Sequence record: KJ010489.1
Source: Enterococcus phage IME-EFm1
Reading direction: 5' to 3' (one strand)
DNA: 42,597 nucleotides
The notes beneath the pieces were generated by a model that saw only the letters and a program-made list of their open reading frames with translations, made no database searches and had not been told where the DNA came from. The position numbers were made by a program, and so were the translations under genes. How positions within the stretch are numbered: position 1 is the stretch's first letter; every line of letters starts with the position of its first letter. Shown piece after piece: positions 1 to 8,036 of this stretch.

Positions 1-162
1 CTCTTCTTCGCACGAAATTCTAAAAATGAACTTTGAAAAATGCCCTTTTCCCCTCGTAAACGTGATTAAAACCTGGTTTCTTGTGTTGAAAATAAAGGAA
101 TCACACTATATATAGTATGTTATTTCTCTTATACGATTGTTCCCTTAGTAAACACGATTGAA

Positions 163-198
163 CCCTGGTTTCTTTACACAGGGTTCTTTTTATATGAT
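163..198 (+). terminator. Rho-independent terminator (stem GAACCCTG/CAGGGTTC followed by TTTTTAT)
   Basis: Perfect 8-bp inverted repeat with an 11-nt loop, followed by a T-run. It lies upstream of the terS operon promoter. Confidence 0.6.
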
Positions 199-204
199 AT
201 AATA
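193..204 (+). promoter_or_regulatory. Extended -10 promoter (TGaTATAAT) for the small protein and terS
   Basis: tatGATATAAT motif directly after the terminator. The same TaTGyTATAAT architecture recurs before most late genes. Confidence 0.5.
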
Positions 205-260
205 AAGCTATGTAAGGGAGTTAGCCGTTAACTCAAAAATAAAATAAGGGAGGTTATACA

Positions 261-443
261 ATGCCAGCACCAAAACCAGTGTACGTAAAAGATTTGTCAA
301 CTGGGCAGACACGCAAATTCAAATCACAATTTCAAGCAGATGAATTTTATGGAAAGAATCGCGGCTATTTTAAGGACGTTAAAACAAAATTAGGTGGACG
401 TAATCGTCATTTTGAAATAACAGAAGCCCCAAAGGAGGAGTAA
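261..443 (+). CDS. Small basic protein of unknown function (60 aa) upstream of terS
   Basis: ORF with a strong RBS (aagGGAGGttatacaATG). It ends 4 nt before terS. Lys/Arg-rich. Confidence 0.5.
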   Translation: MPAPKPVYVKDLSTGQTRKFKSQFQADEFYGKNRGYFKDVKTKLGGRNRHFEITEAPKEE

Positions 444-447
444 ACAA

Positions 448-912
448 ATGGCAAGACCACGAAAATTATTAAACGCTCAGAGTGGTAACTTGACCACTCA
501 GCAACGAGAAGAGCGTGAGAAGGAGGAAGAAGTACTTTACAACTACGAAAAGTTAGACTTTAGTTTTTATCCACCAGGTTTATTACCACAAGCATTCAAC
601 GAGTGGGATCGCATTGGAGCCTACGTTGGAGACTTACCTATCAGTGAATTAGATGTGAATACAGTCATTAGATATTGTAATTACAACTATCTATATGCAG
701 AAGCAGTAGAGAAGGTCGCACAGATAGGCGCTATTGACCCTGAGACAGGCAAAGCAAACCCATGGGTAAATGCAATGAACTCCTATTCAAAAGAGCTTAA
801 AACGGCAACCAACGACCTTGGATTAACAATCAACTCACGTATGAAGATTATTCTTCCAGCAGAGAAAGAGAAAGAAGTACTTGACCCATTTGCGAAAATG
901 TTTGAGGGATAA
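448..912 (+). CDS. terS: Terminase small subunit (P27-like family)
   Basis: 154 aa. RBS AAAGGAGGAG. The N-terminal MARPRKLL...QQREEREKEE and its position ahead of terL fit P27-family small terminases. Confidence 0.75.
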   Translation: MARPRKLLNAQSGNLTTQQREEREKEEEVLYNYEKLDFSFYPPGLLPQAFNEWDRIGAYVGDLPISELDVNTVIRYCNYNYLYAEAVEKVAQIGAIDPETGKANPWVNAMNSYSKELKTATNDLGLTINSRMKIILPAEKEKEVLDPFAKMFEG

Positions 913-932
913 CCTACACAAAACTAAAATAT

Positions 933-944
933 TGTGGTATAATA
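933..944 (+). promoter_or_regulatory. Extended -10 promoter (TGgTATAAT) in the terS-terL intergenic region
   Basis: ttgTGGTATAAT just downstream of the terS stop. Confidence 0.4.
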
Positions 945-981
945 ATATCAGCAAATGAGTGGTAAACATTAGATACACCAT

Positions 982-1011
982 TATCACAAAAGTCGGATTT
1001 TGTGATATAAT
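982..1011 (+). promoter_or_regulatory. Operator-like perfect palindrome (TATCACAAAA-gtcgga-TTTTGTGATA) overlapping an extended -10 promoter (TGaTATAAT)
   Basis: 10-bp perfect inverted repeat at 982-1007. Its right arm overlaps the TGTGATATAAT -10 element at 1001-1011. Confidence 0.45.
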
Positions 1012-1014
1012 ATG

Positions 1015-1474
1015 TTAAGTAAATCATTGGCGTGATTTTACAAAAAAGAATCAAACATTTTTCTATATACGTGATCGAGGCGTATTTCTGCGGAGTACGT
1101 CATCCTACAGCATGCGTGTTGTAGGAAATACATATTAGGTAGTGTATATTTCTTATTCCTCTAAGAATGACATACACAAAACGTTGGCTGCCACTTAGAG
1201 CGTGATCTCAAGTCAGTACCTTATAGGTAACAACCAGTAGGAGAGTTGGAAACCTTAGCTCCTAAGAGGACATAGTGGAACACACCCACTTAAAATAATT
1301 GCTCGCTATAGTGTCTAGCGAATGCGTGATAGTATGACCCTCTTTGACGACAAGCACGACAAAGCAGTTAGCCACATAACAGAGGGCGTGGAAACCTGCA
1401 GATACTCGCTTCACCCACTCTTTAGTGGTGTGTAGATGAACCCACTAGTCTAGCTAACTAGTGGGTATTTTTAT
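1015..1474 (+). ncRNA. Candidate large structured non-coding RNA or regulatory leader between terS and terL
   Basis: ~600 nt lacks any ORF of 60 aa or more on either strand, in an otherwise tightly packed genome. It is locally GC-richer, has promoters upstream, many short helices, and ends with a strong intrinsic terminator at 1440-1474. Confidence 0.35.
1440..1474 (+). terminator. Rho-independent terminator (ACCCACTAGT-ctagcta-ACTAGTGGGT followed by ATTTTTAT)
   Basis: Perfect 10-bp stem, 7-nt loop and a T-run. A preceding segment (1424-1432, AGTGGTGTG) can alternatively pair with 1412-1419 or with the terminator's 5' arm. Confidence 0.8.
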
Positions 1475-1483
1475 GCTATAATA
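1472..1483 (+). promoter_or_regulatory. Extended -10 promoter (TGcTATAAT) for terL
   Basis: ttaTGCTATAAT directly after the terminator. RBS AAAGGAGG precedes the terL ATG at 1515. Confidence 0.5.
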
Positions 1484-1514
1484 TAAGTGACTAGAATAAA
1501 AGGAGGATACATAA

Positions 1515-3290
1515 ATGGTAGACTATGTACAAGACTATATTAATCTTATTGAAACAGGATGGATTGAAGGACGTAAATATATAGTAGAAGAAGATTATTA
1601 TAAACCTATCAAGGTTGAAATCAGAGTTGGTAAAAAAATCAAACAAGCAATCGAGAGACATCAAAAGGATATGAAAAAATCTGAAGATAAATCGTATCCA
1701 TATATTTATAGACCAGAAGAAGCTGTGCCAGTAGTGAACTTTATTGAAATGTTACCAGACCCCAAATCACGTCAGCCAATGAAGTTAGCAACGTTTCAGA
1801 AATTCATCGTTGGTTTGATTTATGGATGGAGAAAAAAGAAAGACAATACCAGACGTTTTAGAAAAGCATATATTTCATTAGCACGTAAGAATGGTAAGTC
1901 TATTCTCGTAGCAGGGATTGCACTATATGAGCTGCTATTTGGTAAAAATCCAAAAGCTTCTAGACAGGTAGTGGCAGCAGCAAACACAAAAGATCAAGCA
2001 GGTATTGTATATGGAATGCTAGTAAAGTATCTATATGCACTGCGTAATGTATCACCAGAGGTTAAGAAACGAAGTAAAATTACAAAACGTGAGGGGGTAG
2101 AGTTATCAGACTTTTCAACTATGAAACAGTTGTCAAGTGACGCAGAAACATTAGATGGATTAGATGTGCTATGCGGTATTCTGGATGAGTATGGAGAAGC
2201 TAAAACATCAGATATTATTCAAGTATTAGAATCTTCACAAGCACAACAGGTTGAAGGCTTAATCATGATTATTTCAACCACTACAAAAAATTTAAATGGA
2301 CCCATGCATACAGAAGAATATCCATTTGTAGAGAAGTTGTTAAATGAGGAAGTAAAAGGTGACGCTTATTTGGCTCTTTGTTGGGAAATGGACTCACTTG
2401 CTGAGGTAGATGATCCTACAAACTGGATCAAATCCAATCCATTATTTGAAATTCCAGAAGCGTGGGATTCAATGATGGAACACAAAAACAACTCTTTAGA
2501 TGAGTACAAAGGTAAAATGGATTTATCTGGCTGGTTAACTAAAGAAATGAATTTCTGGGTTCAATCATCCAAAGATAGTTTTGTAACCAAAGAGGAATGG
2601 GACGCAGTGAAAGCACCTACTAATTATAATATTAGAGGTAGAAAAGTATACATTGGTATTGACTTAGCCAGAACATCAGACATGACCGCGGTTTCATGGA
2701 TTATTCCAATAGAAGAGGAGCACAAATTATTACTAGACACACATGGCTTTGTATCATCAGTGGGAGGTATTGACCATAAGCAGTCAATTGACAAAATACC
2801 CTACAGACAATATGAGTCAATGAAGCTCATTCATATCTCACAACGTGAGGATGGCCTAATAGACACAGAAGAGATGTGTGATTGGATACGTGACTTCATA
2901 GATTATACTGACTTACAACTGGTAGGTATTTATTATGATCCATTTATGATGGATAAAGCGTTGATTAATCTAAGTAAGACCTATCCAAAAAAACTAATTG
3001 AAGTACCACAGAAAATAAACTATTTATCTTCACCAACAAGAGCCTTGCGTGAGTTAATTCGTAGAGGTGAAGTAATGCACACCAATAATCCGTTACTGAA
3101 TCGTGCGGCATACAATGCTATGATTAAAGAGTACAACGACAGCGTTGCGATTGATAAGCAAATAAACAGGAATAAAATTGACTCACTTGACGCCATAATA
3201 AATGCGATGAGTGACGCTCAATATCACGATTATGACGCACCAACCTTGCAAGATTTACTAGATAGCGGTGAATTTGGTTTTGGATACTAA
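1515..3290 (+). CDS. terL: Terminase large subunit (Terminase_1 family ATPase/nuclease)
   Basis: 591 aa. Motifs FIEMLPDPKS, KLATFQKF, WRKK...RRFRKAYISLARKNGKS (Walker A-like) and LDEYGE (Walker B-like) are typical of siphovirus large terminases. Confidence 0.9.
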   Translation: MVDYVQDYINLIETGWIEGRKYIVEEDYYKPIKVEIRVGKKIKQAIERHQKDMKKSEDKSYPYIYRPEEAVPVVNFIEMLPDPKSRQPMKLATFQKFIVGLIYGWRKKKDNTRRFRKAYISLARKNGKSILVAGIALYELLFGKNPKASRQVVAAANTKDQAGIVYGMLVKYLYALRNVSPEVKKRSKITKREGVELSDFSTMKQLSSDAETLDGLDVLCGILDEYGEAKTSDIIQVLESSQAQQVEGLIMIISTTTKNLNGPMHTEEYPFVEKLLNEEVKGDAYLALCWEMDSLAEVDDPTNWIKSNPLFEIPEAWDSMMEHKNNSLDEYKGKMDLSGWLTKEMNFWVQSSKDSFVTKEEWDAVKAPTNYNIRGRKVYIGIDLARTSDMTAVSWIIPIEEEHKLLLDTHGFVSSVGGIDHKQSIDKIPYRQYESMKLIHISQREDGLIDTEEMCDWIRDFIDYTDLQLVGIYYDPFMMDKALINLSKTYPKKLIEVPQKINYLSSPTRALRELIRRGEVMHTNNPLLNRAAYNAMIKEYNDSVAIDKQINRNKIDSLDAIINAMSDAQYHDYDAPTLQDLLDSGEFGFGY

Positions 3291-3300
3291 TACAACACTT

Positions 3301-3335
3301 GAGGGTATGTTTAAACAGCATACCCTTTTCGTCTA
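3301..3335 (+). terminator. Hairpin terminator after terL (GGGTATG...CATACCC then T-rich)
   Basis: 7-bp inverted repeat followed by ttttcgtctatttt. Confidence 0.45.
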
Positions 3336-3383
3336 TTTTGTGTTAAAATAGAGTTAGAAATATCGCAAAAGGAGCGTGAAAAC

Positions 3384-3560
3384 ATGAAATTTGTTGCGGT
3401 TATTGTAGCTGTTTTGTATATAATTAGCGCAGTATTTATCGCTTTATCAGCGTTTTTAGTATCAAATATCATAGGACTATTCACCTGTGGTATATTATTC
3501 ATGATACCAACCATTGTTTTATATCATGAAGCCACTAATTCAGGAGAAGGGAGGTCATAA
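3384..3560 (+). CDS. Small hydrophobic membrane protein (58 aa)
   Basis: ATG with RBS AAAGGAG. Two predicted TM helices (MKFVAVIVAVLYIISAVFIALSAFLV...). Co-oriented with its neighbours. Preferred over the overlapping minus-strand ORF 3311-3514. Confidence 0.45.
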   Translation: MKFVAVIVAVLYIISAVFIALSAFLVSNIIGLFTCGILFMIPTIVLYHEATNSGEGRS

Positions 3561-3563
3561 TAC

Positions 3564-4769
3564 ATGGGATTATTCATAAACAACGGAAACCCAGTGACAG
3601 AGCAACAATTTATTGATATAATCAATACTGGAACAGCTTACACTACCAATTTCACAGGCCTCAAAGCGTTGACAAACTCAGATATTTATACTGGAGTTAA
3701 CATCATTGCTGGAGATATTGCTCAAAGTCCATTTAAACCAGCAGCTACAACCTCAGTAGATGACAGTTTGTTATACTTGTTAAATAAAGAGCCAAAGGAA
3801 AATCAATCACACTATACAATGATGTATGCAGTGGTTTCAAACCTTATTTTAACAGGAAACGCATATGTTCTCCTTCATAGACACAATGATGGTAGTGTGA
3901 AAGAGTTAGAATTTGTAGAAACACAACAGGTTAACGTCATTAGAGACCTTGTTACAGGCTTATACAGATATGAAGTTAACATGCCATATGGCAATATTAT
4001 GTATAAGTGTGACCCACGTGATATTTTACATTTCAAATTAAGTACCACAGATGGCTGGCTAGGACGCTCACCATTGTTATCATTGAATGACGAAATATCA
4101 TTACAAACTAATGGACTAAAAGTACTAAATAATTTCTTTTCAAAAGGTGTCTTCTCTGGAGGTATTCTTAAATTATTAAATGGTACGGTCAACAACCAAA
4201 CGAAAGCCAAAATTAGGGACGACTTTGAGAAAGTTAATGGCGCTGGAGGAACAATCGTTCTTGATGAAACTCAAGAATTCAATGAGAACAAAATCAACAC
4301 AGAAGTACTAAAATTGATTCAAGCCAATAAATTTAGCACGCAACAGATTGCCAAAGTTTTAGGCATTCCAGTTAACAGATTTGGACAAGAATTAGTCAAT
4401 TCATCTGACACTGGACAAAATGATATTTATATTGCCAGCACGATTGCAATGTATGAATCATCTATCTGTGACGAGTTGAATCTAAAATTAGGGGTAGAGT
4501 TAGAGTTAGATTTATCTAAACTACGTCAAGATACAAAAGAAGATAGACTGCGTAGAATTGCAGAAGGAAGAGTGAAGTCTGAGTTTGCGCAAGCCTTAAC
4601 GGTAAATGACGCACGTGAGTATCTTGGTTTTACTGAGATTGAAGGAGGAGAAGCCTTACTTGGTCAAAAATCAGAAACAAGTGAAAATAAAACAGAACAG
4701 GAAGTGAATGTTAATGAAGAAGAACTTGGAAATCAGAGCGCTACAGACACTGGAGAAGACAGAGGATAA
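3564..4769 (+). CDS. Portal protein
   Basis: 401 aa immediately after terL. Typical portal size and position, with an acidic C-terminus. Confidence 0.8.
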   Translation: MGLFINNGNPVTEQQFIDIINTGTAYTTNFTGLKALTNSDIYTGVNIIAGDIAQSPFKPAATTSVDDSLLYLLNKEPKENQSHYTMMYAVVSNLILTGNAYVLLHRHNDGSVKELEFVETQQVNVIRDLVTGLYRYEVNMPYGNIMYKCDPRDILHFKLSTTDGWLGRSPLLSLNDEISLQTNGLKVLNNFFSKGVFSGGILKLLNGTVNNQTKAKIRDDFEKVNGAGGTIVLDETQEFNENKINTEVLKLIQANKFSTQQIAKVLGIPVNRFGQELVNSSDTGQNDIYIASTIAMYESSICDELNLKLGVELELDLSKLRQDTKEDRLRRIAEGRVKSEFAQALTVNDAREYLGFTEIEGGEALLGQKSETSENKTEQEVNVNEEELGNQSATDTGEDRG

Positions 4770-5265
4770 TGTAGTGGAAGGATATGCACTAAAATTTAAT
4801 AAAGAATCACGTAATTTAGGTGGATTTGTGGAGACCATTTCACCAGAAGCATTAGAAGGGGTAGACTTAACAGATGTACGTTGTTTTATGGATCACGACT
4901 CTAGTAAATTATTAGGACGTACATCAAGCGGAACACTGCAACTGAATGTAGATGATATTGGCTTACATTTTCGTTGTGTGCTTCCTGACACAAGTAATGG
5001 TCGTGACGCAATGGAACTTGTAAAACGAGGGGATTTGAATCAATGCTCGTTTGGTTTCACAGTGGCTAAAGACAAATGGATAAAAGGTAAAGACATTATG
5101 AAACGTTCAATCAACAAGATCGGTTCATTATTAGAAATTTCACTAGTATCAATTCCAGCCTATGATGACACAGATGTGCGAGTTGCTACGCGCTCACTAG
5201 AGGAAGCTGTTAATGAATTAGAGAAACAACGCTTAGAAGTTGAATTGGAGCTGTTGGGCTTGTAA
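4708..5265 (+). CDS. Prohead serine protease (HK97 family)
   Basis: The motif block EGYALKFN...GGFVETISPEA...FMDHD...LGRTSSGTL...GDLNQCSFGF matches HK97-type prohead proteases. It overlaps the portal 3' end. Confidence 0.8.
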   Translation: MLMKKNLEIRALQTLEKTEDNVVEGYALKFNKESRNLGGFVETISPEALEGVDLTDVRCFMDHDSSKLLGRTSSGTLQLNVDDIGLHFRCVLPDTSNGRDAMELVKRGDLNQCSFGFTVAKDKWIKGKDIMKRSINKIGSLLEISLVSIPAYDDTDVRVATRSLEEAVNELEKQRLEVELELLGL

Positions 5266-5334
5266 TTTAAAGCCCACAACTTCTTATATCTATGCTATAA
5301 TTAAAACAGAAAGCTAGTGAAGGAGTGAGATTGA

Positions 5335-6546
5335 TTGAATCGTGAAGAGCAAATCAAAAAAGCACATGATTTATTATCAGAAGGCAACTTTGAAGAAGCA
5401 CGTAGTTTAGTTGAAGCAATTAAGAAACATGATGCAGAAGAGTTAGAAAATAAAGCTTCTGAAGAACAGCCTGAAGAAGATAAAATTATTGAAGAAACAA
5501 AAGATGAAGAAAAAGAAGAACCAAAAGAGCAAGAACCAGAAAAAGAATCTGAAGAACAACCAAAAGATGAAGAAAAACGCTCATTAGAGCAAGAAGGAGA
5601 AGAAGAAAATATGGAAAAAGTAGTGTTAGATGGAAAAGAAATCTCTCAGCCAGAAACAGAAGTTCGTGGATTTTTAAATTATGTACGTTCTCACAACCCT
5701 AAAATGGACTTGCGAGCGCTTCCAGAAGGTGTTAAATCAACTGATGTAGGTGCTATTATTCCTCAAGATATTGTTACAAAAACAAAAACATTGCCTGAAA
5801 CAGTTGTGGATTTACGAAATCTAGTTCAAACAGTGAAAGTAAGCACTCCAACTGGTAAATACCCTATTTTGAAATCAACAGAGGCTGTAATGCACACTGT
5901 AGCAGAACTTGACGCAAATCCAGACTTAGACAAACCACAATTTGAGAATGTATTGTATGATGTAGATACTTATCGTGGACAAATTCCAGTTTCTCGTGAA
6001 TCTTTAGATGATTCAGATGAAGATTTGGGCGCTTTAATTGCACGTCATATTCAACGTATTGCATTAAACACAGCAAATTCTAAAATTGTTGCAAACTTGA
6101 AAACAGCAACAGCTAAAACAGTTAAGAATTTGGATGAAATCAAAACAATCATCAATACTGAGTTTGACCCAGCTTATAACTTACAATTCGTAGTATCTCA
6201 ATCATTCTATAATGAAGTAGACTTAATGAAAGACAATGAAGGACGTTACCTATTACAACCTTCAATTACAGCTCAATCTGGTAAATCTTTACTTGGTTTG
6301 AATGTAACTGTACTTTCTGATAAATTGTTAGCTGGATCAGAAGCTCCTAATAAAAAAGTAGCCTTCTTGGGTGATCCAGCTGGATTTACATCATTCTTTG
6401 ACCGTAATGAAATGGCAGTTCGTTGGCAAGAACATCAACATTATGGAGAAATCCTAGCAGCAGCTATGCGTTTTGACGTTAAAAAAGTAGACGCAGCAGC
6501 AGGTAAATTCTTAACTCTTGATACTACAGTAGTAGCAGGAGAATAA
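5335..6546 (+). CDS. Major capsid protein (HK97 fold) with an acidic E/K-rich N-terminal delta/scaffold region
   Basis: 403 aa. TTG start with RBS GAAGGAGTGAG. N-terminal ~100 aa EK-rich low-complexity region, then a capsid-like core. Position after the protease. Confidence 0.8.
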   Translation: MNREEQIKKAHDLLSEGNFEEARSLVEAIKKHDAEELENKASEEQPEEDKIIEETKDEEKEEPKEQEPEKESEEQPKDEEKRSLEQEGEEENMEKVVLDGKEISQPETEVRGFLNYVRSHNPKMDLRALPEGVKSTDVGAIIPQDIVTKTKTLPETVVDLRNLVQTVKVSTPTGKYPILKSTEAVMHTVAELDANPDLDKPQFENVLYDVDTYRGQIPVSRESLDDSDEDLGALIARHIQRIALNTANSKIVANLKTATAKTVKNLDEIKTIINTEFDPAYNLQFVVSQSFYNEVDLMKDNEGRYLLQPSITAQSGKSLLGLNVTVLSDKLLAGSEAPNKKVAFLGDPAGFTSFFDRNEMAVRWQEHQHYGEILAAAMRFDVKKVDAAAGKFLTLDTTVVAGE

Positions 6547-6622
6547 TATAAACATTCACGAAGAGGGGTGGGGCTCATGCCTCATCTCTCTTTTATTATA
6601 ATAAAAGGAAGTGAATAAGTCA

Positions 6623-6892
6623 ATGATTACAGTAGCAGAAATTAAAAACAATTTACGTATTGACTATGATGAGGATGATACCTACTTAGAAATGTTACTT
6701 GGTGCAGCGCAACTCTATATTTTAGGGAGTATTGAGGTGACGGTACTACCAGATGACCCAAAAACAAACACGCTAGTATTCATGCTTGTGTCCTTGTGGT
6801 ATGAAAATAGAGTACCAGCAACAAATGCAATACAACAACAAGTACCATTCACTATTACGGCTATGATTCATCAATTGAGGGGTGTTGTATAA
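6623..6892 (+). CDS. Head-tail connector protein (gp6-like)
   Basis: MITVAEIKNNLRIDYDEDDTYLE...; a small protein following the capsid gene. The start at ATG 6623 is preferred over GTG 6611. Confidence 0.55.
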   Translation: MITVAEIKNNLRIDYDEDDTYLEMLLGAAQLYILGSIEVTVLPDDPKTNTLVFMLVSLWYENRVPATNAIQQQVPFTITAMIHQLRGVV

Positions 6893-7227
6893 TGGCAAAC
6901 ATCAAGACATCCAAACTGAATCAGCGGATTACACTACTAGTGAAAACGCGTTCACGAAATGAGTTCTTTGAGTGGATTGAAACATGGAATCCAGATAGGA
7001 AAATCTGGTGTTCCGTCAAACAGCAGTATTTTAAAGACTATCAAGATACGTATGGGACAACGCTAGCTAACACAACAAACTTTATTATTAGATATGACAC
7101 AGGACAACTGGTTTCAAAGTCTAATCGTATTGAATTAAAAGGCAAACAATATAGAATTGAGGACATTCTGGAAGGTTCATTTGATAGAGACTTCACTACA
7201 TTAGTATGCAAACAAGTGGAGGATTAA
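6892..7227 (+). CDS. Head closure / head-tail adaptor protein
   Basis: 111 aa, ATGA-coupled to the upstream gene. Position in the head-tail joining block. Confidence 0.45.
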   Translation: MANIKTSKLNQRITLLVKTRSRNEFFEWIETWNPDRKIWCSVKQQYFKDYQDTYGTTLANTTNFIIRYDTGQLVSKSNRIELKGKQYRIEDILEGSFDRDFTTLVCKQVED

Positions 7228-7600
7228 CTATGAAAAAGAATTATGTGGATTTTAGCTCAGCCTATAAAGCTATAGGGAAAACGGAAAAAGAACTTGAGAA
7301 AGCAATGATTAAGTCTGTAGAAGCAGCTGGAGAATATGCGTCAAAACAATTGAAGACTAAGACTCCAATTGATTATGACACGAAAACACACATGAAAGAC
7401 CACGTGGTGTACAGTAAACCTACTGCAAAAAACCAGTCTCAGAGGTTGGATTTGATAAGGAAGTGTCATGGAGAGTACATTTTGTTGAATTTGGTACGAT
7501 TAAACAAGACCCACAACCATTTATAGAAACAACCATGAAAGATATAGAAAACAAAGTAGCAAATATTATTCAAACTGAAATGATGAGGAGGTTAAAATAA
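7206..7600 (+). CDS. HK97 gp10-family tail/head-tail joining protein; the reading frame is broken at an A6 run (7427-7433)
   Basis: The 0-frame ORF ends at 7526 after about 30 non-conserved residues. The -1 frame after A_AAA_AAC encodes the conserved C-terminus ...VSWRVHFVEFGT...PFIETT and ends with TAATG overlapping the next gene at 7598-7600. Confidence 0.6.
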
Positions 7601-7965
7601 TGAAATTACCAATTCTAATGATTGCGGAGGTATTAGAAGAATCTATCCCAGAAATAAACTGGTTTGTCAATCAGATTGAAGAAGAAAAACAAGTAAATCC
7701 ACCATACCCTCTAGGACGTATTGTAGAGCTATCTGGTGACTATGTAGATTATGCCTCAGAACAACCCAATTATCTAACAACAAGCGTTCAGGTTGATGTC
7801 TGGGTGCGTGATGTACAAGAATCAAACAAGTACTACTTTTTACTTGATAAAGTTATGCGAGAGCAAGGAATTCAATGTGCATATACGGAAGAAACACAAG
7901 ACCAGGACTTGAAAGAAGGACGTAGGATTATTAAGCGGTATGTACTGTCACAACGTGTATTGTAA
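7600..7965 (+). CDS. Tail component / tail terminator-like protein (hypothetical)
   Basis: 121 aa between the gp10-like protein and the major tail protein. Assigned by position only. Confidence 0.4.
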   Translation: MKLPILMIAEVLEESIPEINWFVNQIEEEKQVNPPYPLGRIVELSGDYVDYASEQPNYLTTSVQVDVWVRDVQESNKYYFLLDKVMREQGIQCAYTEETQDQDLKEGRRIIKRYVLSQRVL

Positions 7966-7986
7966 TCAAACACAAAGGCTTGATAA

Positions 7987-7998
7987 TATGCTATAATT
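7987..7998 (+). promoter_or_regulatory. Extended -10 promoter (TGcTATAAT) before the major tail gene
   Basis: atatGCTATAAT 40 nt upstream of ATG 8037. Confidence 0.4.
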
Positions 7999-8036
7999 AA
8001 CCTAGTAAGAAAATAAAAATAAAAGGAGTTTTTAGT

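Noticed and set aside
913-1514. Group I intron, T-box leader or tRNA in the terS-terL gap
   Set aside because: terS and terL are both complete with their own starts, so there is no interrupted exon. The T-box consensus AANNNGGGTGGNACCGCG and the tRNA T-loop motif GTTCRANYC are not seen. No 36-nt ToxI-like tandem repeats are present.
3124-3514. Minus-strand ORFs 3124-3321 and 3311-3514 (65 and 67 aa)
   Set aside because: They run antisense within the terL 3' end and intergenic region, with no RBS. A co-oriented plus-strand membrane ORF (3384-3560) with a good RBS explains the region better.
3875-4210. Minus-strand 111-aa ORF inside the portal gene
   Set aside because: It is fully embedded antisense in a well-supported gene, and its Ser/Leu/Cys-rich composition is typical of a spurious antisense frame.
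5864-6076. Minus-strand 70-aa ORF inside the capsid gene
   Set aside because: Antisense overlap with the major capsid gene, and no RBS.
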